From: Vitrella brassicaformis CCMP3155 | Taxonomy: Eukaryota; Protista; Chromerida | Direction: 5' to 3' | DNA: 64,000 nucleotides | NCBI GenBank assembly: GCA_001179505.1 | Contig: CDMY01000371.1 | Span: 33,460 to 97,459, forward strand | Part shown: piece after piece, positions 1 through 10,124 of the stretch | Position numbering within the stretch: position 1 is the stretch's first letter | How the letters are laid out: each line of letters starts with the position of its first letter | Position numbers and translations under genes: made by a program | Notes under the pieces: model-generated | What the model saw: the letters and a program-made list of their open reading frames with translations, nothing else | Told to the model about the DNA's origin: nothing | Database searches by the model: none

Positions 1-1070
1 CACGCACGCCTGTCTGTCTCTTTGTGTGCACTGCAGTCAGTGCACCTCTTGCGTGAGCGAAGGTATGTATTACATATGCATATACATACAGCTGTACGTA
101 CGTACGTATGTGTATGTCTGCTTGCTTACTTACTTGGCATGCGGACGAGAATTGTTCCTTTTCGTCTTTGGATTTGCCTTGGGGATTGAAAGTCCGCTCG
201 CAGCCGCCGACGTATGACTGTGGGGCCTCGCAGACTGCACCATCGAAAACCCTGCAGTCAGTCAGTGACCCACATATATGGCATATATAGCAGGGATGCA
301 TTCAGACAGACAGACTCTTGGTGAGTCTCACTCACTCACTGCCTATCTATCTATCCCTCCCTCCCTCTCTCTCACCATCCGGATGGACACGGGTTGTCGT
401 AGTCGCGGCCGCCGTGTGGCTTGCATGCGTCGTCGAGACATGGCCACCTGAACTTGCAGTCATTGGCCATGGTGGCCTTCTGCTGGGGCAGCAAGTCCGC
501 CAGGTCCAAGATGTACGCACAGTCGCCCTCACTGGCATAACTCGCAGGGGCTTGGCACTCCCTGCACACACACGCACGAGTGCGTGATATGCGTCCATGT
601 CCCCCTCCCTCCTCTCCGGGCCCCGATGGCAGCCTGGCTGGCTGGCTGTGTGGCTGACCTGCCGCCCGGCAGTGGGCGCCATCCCTCTGGGCACACCAAG
701 CTGTAGTCTCTCACACAAATCGGGTCGGGTGTTGGCAGCAGGCCAATGGCTTTGGAGCCCTCGTCAGCCGCTCGCTGCACCACGGGTGCACCAAACAGCA
801 CCGGAGTCAGCCCAAACGCCGGCAGCTTCGTCGACGGAACCTGGCCGACACACACACACAGACACACAGATGGGAGATGACCGACCTCATGCGTTTGTTT
901 GTTCATGTGTGGTGCCCGCCTGCCTTGAAGGGTGGGACGAACCCTCCAATCAGTTCGCTGATTTGCGAGATCAGACCGGCCAGCATGTCAGCGAACAGGT
1001 ACAGACCGCCGCCAACATTCGGCACCGATGCGGGAGGCAGAGGAGCTGGAACCGGCACTGGAAGCAACAT
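1..1070 (-). CDS. CPW-WPC domain protein, copy 1 (multi-exon; 3' end runs off the window start)
   Basis: Spliced minus-strand exons read MLLPVPVPAPLPPASVPNVGGGLYLFADML..PFK | VPSTKLPAFG..CVRDYSLVCPEGW | ..KATMANDCKFRWPCLDDAC..RDYDNPCPSGW | VFDGAVCEAPQSYVGGCERTFNPQGKSKDEKEQFSSACQ. These are repeated CPxGW...WPC units typical of the apicomplexan/chromerid CPW-WPC family. Confidence 0.85.
578..1051. repeat. Left arm of a 474-bp inverted repeat (partner 3182-3655)
   Basis: Reverse complement of 3182-3655. The ORF track gives identical peptides on opposite strands (597..1127+ vs 3163..3636-; 529..906- vs 3327..4280+). No mismatch seen by eye, even in the intronic microsatellites. Confidence 0.95.
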
Positions 1071-1175
1071 CGTTCGCTTTTGAGCCCATTCCTCATGATT
1101 TCCCTGAAACCGCTGCAACTGCGATGATTTCACTTCGAATCTGCAAGAGCGATTTGTTGCTTTGGACTCTTATTG

Positions 1176-2761
1176 ATGCCTCCTCGTAGTCAGCAGAACC
1201 AGGTGTGTCGTTACTGGCAACAGGGAAACTGCCGGTTCGGCGATAGTTGCCAGTTTCTTCATCCCGGTGCCGGTATGGGGCCAGCGGGACGGCAGGGCCA
1301 GCCGTCCAATCCATTCGCGGCATTGGGACAGCCAGGGGGGAACGGAGGAGCCACCGGATTCGCATCGACCGCTGCAGCGGCAGGGAACCCCGCGGCAGAT
1401 TTCAAGGCATATCTCCGCTCAGGAGGCTTCCCCTACACATGTGAGCGACCACAGGCACTCGCATCATGCACGGAGGACAGAGATGTTCACAATGGACATG
1501 ATATGGTCTCTATCCTTTCAGGCCTGAAGGGCGCTCCGAACCAGCCGTTGCTGATGCAAGGTGCGACAAGAAGGGCGTGTCGGTGCAGTATGATTCCGAG
1601 CAGATCTCACTGCGTGCTATGGGATGTGTGCAGATTTGTTGAGTCCCGAGGAGCTGCGGTGGAAGTCGATGGAGGCCGCAGGCGGCCAGCTGAACCAGCA
1701 GGCATCCCAGATGGTGGAGCAACAGGCGCGGTACGGATGCAGAGGACACTACCGCTAGCCGCTTAAATTGTGATTGCGTTGCGCTTGCGCCCTGTCTGTT
1801 GATGATTTCAGTGCCCGTGTGGAGTCGAGTTTTGCGCAGCTAAGTCAGACTGCCCCCGCTCCGTCCAGCGCTGCATCGGCTGCAGGGCTCTCTGGCCCAG
1901 CCCCGCAGAACCCCTTCGCGCAGCTGCAAAGCGCACCGTCGCCCTTCGGCCAGCCACAGTCAGCCCCGTCGCCATTCTCTGCCAGCCCGACCCCACCCCA
2001 ACCATCGCAACCATCGGCACCGGTGTTCACTGCGCCACCGCAGCAGCCGACTGCGGGAGGGATATTCGGCTCAGCGGCTGGCAGTGGTGGTGTGTTTGGA
2101 TCATCAGCAGCGGGGATGGGGAGGGGTGGAGGGGTATTTGGGGGCGCTGGTGGGTCGGCAACAAGCAATCTGTTCGGCCAAGGGGGTGGGTCAGGTGGCA
2201 GTGTGTTTGGAGGTGGGGCTGCAGCACCTGCAGCACCCGTCGGAGGCGGTGGCGGGCAGGTCAGTGAATAAATGGATGCAATGCAAAGGGGGGAGGATGC
2301 ATGTGCACATCCCCATAGAGATGACTGCGTTGTGCCCCGTTTGGTCCTCGTGCGAATCACCCACACAGATAATGAATCCGTTTGCGGCGGCGCAGAGCGG
2401 CCCATCGCCGTTCGGCCCTCCACCAGTAGCAGCAGCTGCAGCAGCTGCAGCTGCTTCGTCTGCAACAACACCCACGCAGGGAGAGGCAACACCAGAGGTG
2501 AGTAACCCGATCCACGACAATCAATGGTGAATGATGGATGGCATGTATCCGTGTGTGGATCAGGTGGTACCGATCAGTGGGGAGTCGCAGCGCATCTTCG
2601 CATCCAAGGATCCATTTCCGGTGGGCTGCAGAAAGTGGCTGATGCGTCCATGTCGCTCGGTGGATGTCTGTTGTCTGTTGTGCGTTGCCCAGGCCCGGCA
2701 TGAGGGGAAGGGCGGCATTCCGGAGGACATGCCGCCAGCTGACGTGTGCACGGACGTTTGA
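1176..2761 (+). CDS. NUP42: NUP42/NUPL2 (hCG1)-like FG nucleoporin with N-terminal CCCH zinc finger
   Basis: N-terminal CRYWQQGNCRFGDSCQFLH (CCCH finger). The spliced motif DLLSPEELRW matches the NUPL2-type SPEELR. It also has FG/PF repeats (GGIFG, GVFG, NLFG, SPFG, NPFA) and a C-terminal GGIPEDMPPADVC*. Confidence 0.75.
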
Positions 2762-3015
2762 TTGGTGATGGTATGCTGTGCATGAGCGAATGGTCGAGAG
2801 GGAGGGAGGGAGGGAGGGAGGGCTGGATGTCGCATATATGTAGCTCAGCTGGTGGCGGGGAGGGTTGTGTGTGTATGTATGTATACGTATGTGTGTGTAT
2901 AGACAAAACAAACAAGCAATGGATTGATTGATGCACTCAATTCATTGACTGACGGACTGACGGACTGACTGACTGACTCGTTGATTGATTGACTGAGTGC
3001 TTTGCTTCACCAGCC

Positions 3016-4500
3016 ATGGTTCGCTTGAGTGTGTTGTTGACGGTGTCGCTGTGCGCGTTGGCGGCGGCCGGGTCACTCAAAGCCAAAGCAAACAAACAAT
3101 CCAAGGCAAGCCACACATGAATGGGACACCAGCCACAAACAAACACACTGCCGATGTCCCATTCATGTGTCTCGCAGCTGCTTCCAGCTCCTCTGCCTCC
3201 CGCATCGGTGCCGAATGTTGGCGGCGGTCTGTACCTGTTCGCTGACATGCTGGCCGGTCTGATCTCGCAAATCAGCGAACTGATTGGAGGGTTCGTCCCA
3301 CCCTTCAAGGCAGGCGGGCACCACACATGAACAAACAAACGCATGAGGTCGGTCATCTCCCATCTGTGTGTCTGTGTGTGTGTGTCGGCCAGGTTCCGTC
3401 GACGAAGCTGCCGGCGTTTGGGCTGACTCCGGTGCTGTTTGGTGCACCCGTGGTGCAGCGAGCGGCTGACGAGGGCTCCAAAGCCATTGGCCTGCTGCCA
3501 ACACCCGACCCGATTTGTGTGAGAGACTACAGCTTGGTGTGCCCAGAGGGATGGCGCCCACTGCCGGGCGGCAGGTCAGCCACACAGCCAGCCAGCCAGG
3601 CTGCCATCGGGGCCCGGAGAGGAGGGAGGGGGACATGGACGCATATCACGCACTCNNNNNNNNNNNNNNNNNNNNNNNNNNNNNNNNNNNNNNNNNNNNN
3701 NNNNNNNNNNNNNNNNNNNNNNNNNNNNNNNNNNNNNNNNNNNNNNNNNNNNNNNNNNNNNNNNNNNNNNNNNNNNNNNNNNNNNNNNNNNNNNNNNNNN
3801 NNNNNNNNNNNNNNNNNNNNNNNNNNNNNNNNNNNNNNNNNNNNNNNNNNNNNNNNNNNNNNNNNNNNNNNNNNNNNNNNNNNNNNNNNNNNNNNNNNNN
3901 NNNNNNNNNNNNNNNNNNNNNNNNNNNNNNNNNNNNNNNNNNNNNNNNNNNNNNNCTGCGAGCAGGACTTCGACAAACAACTGTGCCCGAAGGTGTGTGT
4001 GGTGTGTGTTATTGTCAACACGGATGTCTGTCTGTCTGTCTGTCTGCGTGTGTGTAAGGGGTGGCTGCATGTGGGCCAAGGCACCTGCAAGGCGCCTGAC
4101 GAGTACATCCGTAAGCACAACACAACTAACACACACACAGTGTCTGTCTGTCTGTCCATTGATGTGAGTGCATGTGTGTGTTGTGTGCAGCGCCTCGCGG
4201 CTGCCGGCCTGTCATCAATCTGCTGGGCTCACCCACACACAGAAGCGACAACTATGCGAAAGGTGGCTGAGCGGGCGTGAAATGCATTGCAATGCACGAC
4301 ACAGAAAGCCCAATACACAGATCCATCTGGGTATGGTCCGTCCGTCTGTCGGTCTGTCTGTCAGGAGGAAACGTACTGCAACAGAGAGGGTGTTGACTCA
4401 TCGATGGGCGTCTGAGCATGAGTGGACTTTGTTCAGTTTTCACTTGTCGGTGTCTGCCAGGTGTGTCCGCACATCCACATCATACACTCTAAGCTTAGAG
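3016..4500 (+). CDS. CPW-WPC domain protein, copy 2, with signal peptide (interrupted by gap; 3' end approximate)
   Basis: First exon MVRLSVLLTVSLCALAAAGS.. is signal-peptide-like, followed by an acceptor at 3177 and exons identical to copy 1. After the gap come CEQDFDKQLCPK and GWLHVGQGTCKAPDEY, further CPW-type units. Confidence 0.75.
3182..3655. repeat. Right arm of the 474-bp inverted repeat (partner 578-1051); ends exactly at the gap
   Basis: Direct reverse-complement comparison with 578-1051. Confidence 0.95.
3656..3955. other. Scaffold gap (300 N)
   Basis: Run of N. Confidence 1.
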
Positions 4501-6643
4501 TCAACGGGCAGACAGTCAGACAGTCAGATCAGCGCAGTCACTTCGTGCATGCAGCCAGCCAGTGGAGTCAGTAAGTGGTACAAGTGAGGTGTGTGAGGTT
4601 AGCTGGGGGTGGCATGGATACCTATGCACACGTGCATCGGATGGAGTGCATCACAGACAGCGGCGAGCAAAGAGGGGGTGTATGTCATGCAGGCGGCCAC
4701 ATGCAGAATCCACTCACTGCGTTTAGTAAGTGGCGGGAAGAGGTGACGACACACACGACCGACCGACCGACCGACCGACAGCAATTGTTCCCTCCAAATG
4801 TGAAACGCTAGCTAAAGCCTCCATCCACCCCGTTCCCTCCGACTCGCCTTGCCTGCCTTGCCTTCCCACTGGTGGGGCTCAAAAACGCCCATGCACCCTG
4901 CCTGCCAGCCACGAAGACAGGCAGACAGACAGACAGGCAGGCAGGCAGACCGGCGGCCTCACGGTGTCCTATCGTACAAGTTATATACGAATGTGTTTGT
5001 ATGTACCGATCTATGAATGTATGTATGTATGTCTGCATATCCATATATATATATATATGAGATTCAGTCATGGATCACGTAAGTATGGATAGAGGGCGAC
5101 AGACGCGCAGATTGCTGTGAGCGTGTGATCGTTCGGTGTCCGCTCCGATGCTCAGCAAAAGATCAAGATGGGTAGATAGATAGGTATACAGATGCCTGTG
5201 AGACTTGAAACAGATCCTTTGCTCCCCCCAGTGAGCTCATTCTCTCTCCTCTGTTGCCTCCAAAACGGCCCACCGACCCTCGAGACTCGACACACGACAT
5301 GAACAAAATTTCGCATCCGACGCACGCACTGTTCGTTTCTCTGCCTGCTTCCGCTTTTCTCGCCTCCCTTCCTCGCTCCCTCCGATCTTAAAAGCAGCTC
5401 AGCCACCGTCCATTTGTCGTCCCTGACCGATCGCCCGACGAACACATGGCTGGCCACACATCCTGACTGACACTCAGATTGACAGAAGGGAGACCGAGCC
5501 AGCCTTAAAAGAAGGCGGAGGCCTTCATTAGAAGGGCCACTGGTCTCCTCTGCCCGACAGACGCACAACGCCCAACACGCCGCCGACACACAGACAGTCG
5601 TTCAGAATGGAGAAGAAAAACGATGTATGGATGGATGGATGGATACAGACAGATGCAGACAGACAGACAAGGAGGCCTGGCTGAGCGGACACGAGTGAGG
5701 AGAGGAGAAGTGGGCGGAGTACAGAGCAGTGACGGACGAGTGAGTGCATTCATGTCATGTGTGCAGCAGCAGCACGTAAGTAGTCAGGGAGTTAGCGCAC
5801 ACGCACATGAAAAACTTTAGTTAGGCCTGAAAGGCATGACCTCCCGATCGTGCCTTTCGGGCCATTGATTGCACCACACCTGGCTGGCTCACCGGGAGAA
5901 AGAGGGAGAGAGGGAGAGAGTCGTCAAGCCAGGCAGGCAAGTGGATCGAATTGCAGGCAGACAGGCAGGCCACTGTGGGACAAAAATAACCCCTTGCTTA
6001 CCCCTCCGAAGTATTGATGTGATGTCTTTCCACAGTAAGGATGATGTATGTGTGACAAATCACGTGGCATTGCTGACCGACTGACTGACTGACTAATGTA
6101 CACGCCGCCATGCTCTTCTACCGAAGGCCTTCGCTCCCACAACGCACCCTCACACACGAACGAAAGCAGAGGGCCAGAGGGAAGGCCGACCAGCACCGGC
6201 AGACTGCCAGGCGGGCGAGCAGAAGAGATGATGTGCGATGGCTGGCTGTGCTGGACACCCACCCCATCGCTCGGGCCCCCATCAATCCGTCCCTCCCCCA
6301 CTTCTCATCTCATATGGATACATACGTACAGATATCTATCTATCTATGTGGAGGGAGGGAGGGAGTTAGGTACAAACATTCATTCACGGATGTATACACA
6401 TATTCATTCATAGGCTCTCTGAGTGAGTGAGTGAGTGAGTGAGGAGGGAGGGACGTACAGACAGACAGAGGCACAAGTCAGTCACTCATTCGTTGGTTGG
6501 TCATGCACTCTTGTTCTTGCAAAACCGATCTGTACAAAACTGCAGGCAGCCAAACCCAACCCCTCCCTCCCTCCCTCCGTGCGCACCCCTAGTCAATCGC
6601 TCTCAATGTCCATCCATCCATCCATGGGTGTGTAGAAGGGTAG

Positions 6644-8224
6644 CTATGATATTACGCATGCGTCATCCTGCGGTCTCTGTGTGGGTGGCGATGCGGCGAG
6701 TGCGTTGGCCATGGCGCTCATGTAAGTGCCCTTGCCGATGACGGCCCTCCGCTCCAGATCGTGCAGGTGGCCCAGTGAGCTCCGCAGCGGCAGGGCCTCC
6801 ATCTGGTGGTGGCGACTCTGCAGGTCTTGGAATGTCAGCTGGCGACCAGCCGGGGGGTCAGGACGGTCCTCAAACACAATGTGGATGTCGCACAATGGCA
6901 TGCTCAGCATCTCGTCGCGGAATGAAACCTGCCCCCATACATCCATCGACAGCGACCACATGGGCATACCAATGAATGCATATCATCCACCCCACCATTA
7001 AACAGATTGGTGGGACCCCCCCGCCCACCTTGTGTTTCTTGCCGTTTCTCGATATCCGTGTGCCGTGTGCGTCGAAGCGCATCTTCCTGCCCCGCGCGTC
7101 GAACTTCTGGAGCCGACCGAAGCTATCGGTGGGCATGGGCGGCCCGTGCACCGAGGACATCTTGAAGGCCTGCTTGCCAAGCGGCTTCTTAAGCCCCTGA
7201 GCCGCCCCGCCCTTGCCCTTGTCCTCAGTGTGGATTGTGTACCCCCCCCCACCGTTCCCCTTTTGGCTGAGTCGGTCCAGGAAGCCGTCCTTGCCCTTGT
7301 GCGCATGCACCCATGCGATGCAGGTGTGGGGCGACTTGACGCTGGGCGGGGGCTGGAGCCGCAACGCACCTTCCGAGCATGCAGTCGACACCTCCGAGTA
7401 GTCGGATGGCGGCTGGGATGCAGATGACCCACACTCAGTGGGCGATGCGGACGAGTCGACAGTGGATGACGAACCGGCCTTGTCCAGGGCCGTTCGATGG
7501 CCCTCGTGGGAGTCCAGACTCGCGCTGTGGCTCCGCTTGGTCTTAAGAAGCTCCACCGAGTCCACACGACGCATGAACGGCCGAGCCACACACCCACTGT
7601 CATCGTTCGCCGTGACATCATTCGTCGACATGCCACCCACGGCAGGGTTGGGCACTGCAGGGGCAGCTGCAGTGAGCGAGAGACCATTTGCCGTATGTGT
7701 GGCCTCGTGGGTGGTGTCGTCGTGTGTGTCCCGCTGCGTCTCGATGGCAAGACTGGTCATCCGCCCGGTGAGGAGGCCGATGGAGTGGCTCATGATGTCG
7801 GTGCTCTTGGCAGGGTATGCCGTCGACCGCTGGTGGAAGGCCACCTCGCCCTTGTTGTGGGTCCGCAGCCGGATCTCCCGTGGCGAAAAGGGTCTCAGGC
7901 TGAACTCACCACTCGAGCGAGACGAGGATGAAAACGAGTCACTACGGAACAGACAGACAGACAAGCAACACACACGCACATGAATGACGTGACGTGCACC
8001 GACCGCATCAGTGCTGACTGACTGACAAGACACATCAGGGAGTGAGTGAGTCTCTGTGGGAGGGACGGCGTACCGTACCTATCTGAGTAGGTCCGTACGG
8101 TTGACGGGTCGGGAATAGGGGGGAGGGGCGAATCATCATCATCTGCATCATGATCATGCTGGACCCCTTCCCCCACACGACCACCCATCTCCTCAGCCTG
8201 CTTCCGTGTCTCGGGGTCCTCCAT
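6644..8224 (-). CDS. Hypothetical low-complexity protein with RVxF-type (KKHKVSF) PP1-docking motif; 3 exons (8224-8079, 7941-7029, 6928-6644)
   Basis: GT-AG introns join in frame: MEDPETRK..YSD|SDSFSS..FDAHGTRISRNGKKHK|VSFRDEMLSMPLCDIHIV..VIS*. Confidence 0.7.
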
Positions 8225-8520
8225 CTTGCCTCCCAACTGCCTCAAAAGCTCCCCGCCGCGGTGAGTCAGTCAGTCAGTAAACCAGCAGAGGAATGAGATG
8301 CCGGACGTGCTCAGTCAATGCCTCGCGGGCTGATGCGGCACTGCGGCGACAGGGTGGGATGCGCGATGTGCTTGGACCAGCAGCTGCGATGTGTGATCCA
8401 CAAAAATAACAAATAACACAGCTGAGCAACAGTTGCAGCTGCGCATATGCGGTGGGGAGATATCCTTCGTCCTCACAAAAGGAGAGGGGAGAGGAGACAG
8501 CCGCGCTTCCCTTCCAAGCC

Positions 8521-8539
8521 AAGCTCGCCAGAAGCTCGC
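8521..8539 (+). promoter_or_regulatory. Two copies of candidate promoter/5'-leader motif AAGCTCGC
   Basis: Exact 8-mers at 8521-8528 and 8532-8539, 53-71 bp upstream of ATG 8592. Confidence 0.5.
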
Positions 8540-8591
8540 GCCTTCTTGGATCTTGGAACTTGGCGCTCCCTGCGCCCGCGCCAAGCAACTC

Positions 8592-9922
8592 ATGGACGCG
8601 GAGGAGGAGTCGCTTGAGCTGCTTCAAGATCTGCAGGCGTCGCTTGATCACTACAACAGTGAGTTGAAGGAGAAAACAGATTGTCTACCGCCGCCCAGGG
8701 CTGCGCTTGTTGAGGCCCTCTGCACTCATCTCGACAAGTCCGCCACCGAGCTGGCCAATGTCCTCCACAACTGGAACCAGCCAGCTGCTGCAGCGGCGGC
8801 ACCGGAGCCGTTGGCAGAATCCGCTGGAGGTGGGCTGCCTCGCTCTAGATCCAGGGGCGACTCTGCTTTCCCAGATGACAGCACCGTACCGAGTAGGCAG
8901 CATACATATATATGTTGCCGTTGGGGTCTGCCAACCCCCCACGCATGTGTGGTGTTTGTTGCCCATGGATCAGATTTCGGGAGTGTTGCCGAGATGCTGT
9001 CGTCTGCTGAGGGGATGGTCATGGCGGATGAGGGAGGAAGGCAGGATGTAGGCGGGGCATCCCAGGCGCCCGCCCCACCCCAAACTCCGCCCGATGAGGT
9101 GCTGGCCCGCCTGCCCGACCATGTGAGGCGCCGGTGGGACATGTGGACTGGCAATCCGGCGGCATTCAGCCTACAGGTCAGTCTACCACGGACGCGTGCA
9201 GGCAGAGTAAGAGGTGCAGGCAGAGCAAGAGGCAGAGAGAGTAAGAGGCAGGCAGGCAGATCAGGGGACACAATACATGCGCGATGACCGTGGGCTGTCG
9301 ACTCGCGCGCAGTATGTATGGGTCTGTGAGTGTGCTGCTGTATGTCCCCGCATGCAATGCATGACAGGTGATCCGTCAGGCGATGCAGCGTCCCTTCAGC
9401 AATGCATATCTGTCGGGCGACCCCTCCAGCCGCAACACCACACAGCTCATCCTGCCAGCACCGAACACATACCTCTCACTCAGGTGGGTGGGTGGCTGGC
9501 TGGCTTGCTGGGTGGGTGCCTCGCTGCCTGTACAGGCAGCACACACATCCGCACACCGCGGCCGATCGTGTCTGTCCTGTCTGCCTGTCTGCCTGTGTGT
9601 GTGTGTGTGTATACTGCATGAGTAGGTGGCATCGCACAGTGTCCCGCGTGGGTCTGCCTGACGCGCCACCCCCACCGGCAGAACTCAGAGAGGGATATGC
9701 TGCTGGTGAGGAGGAAGGGATGGGGCTGGGAGCCGGCAAGACACTCATGGGATGGGACTTGCTGTGTTTGATGCCTCCATCGTTGCAGCTCTCATCCGCG
9801 ATGTCGTCGAGCAGGCTGTCAGTCACCCAGATTACGTCAGTCAGCCTGACCGATATCCCAGCCTTCAGCGGGCTGTGGCTCTGTGCACAAAAAGCCACCA
9901 GTCTGACCAGCAGCCCAAGTGA
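8592..9922 (+). CDS. Hypothetical protein (~5 exons)
   Basis: MDAEEESLELLQDLQASLDHYNSELKE.. followed by intron-separated, coding-like blocks (DEVLARLPDHVRRRWDMW; VIRQAMQRPFSNAYLSG; LIRDVVEQAVSHPDY..LQRAVALC). No family recognised. Confidence 0.6.
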
Positions 9923-10124
9923 TCCCTAGGGCTCTGGTCCTTCATTCCCCTGCTGCTGTCGCGGCGCTTGTGCGTCTGTCACGGAGTGACTGTCGGTGTG
10001 AGAGGCATTTGTTTGAGCTGGGCTGGACAGACTCTATCTCAAAAAACGTGCTAAAGCTTGCTGCCGTGAAAGCTATCGATATTCTCCGCGAAGATCTGAG
10101 TGTGACAGAGGCCTGCAGGCGCAG

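Noticed and set aside
578-3655. Inverted arms as terminal inverted repeats of a DNA transposon
   Set aside because: The arms are exons and introns of a host gene. No transposase or target-site duplication was seen.
3327-4280. Long ORFs spanning the N runs (also 18988-20280 and 19660-20073)
   Set aside because: They are open only because N codons cannot be stop codons.
4500-6640. Possible gene between CPW-WPC copy 2 and the RVxF protein (e.g. ORF 5152-5589)
   Set aside because: No coherent exon chain or recognisable motif. It looks like convergent 3' UTR/intergenic DNA rich in SSRs.
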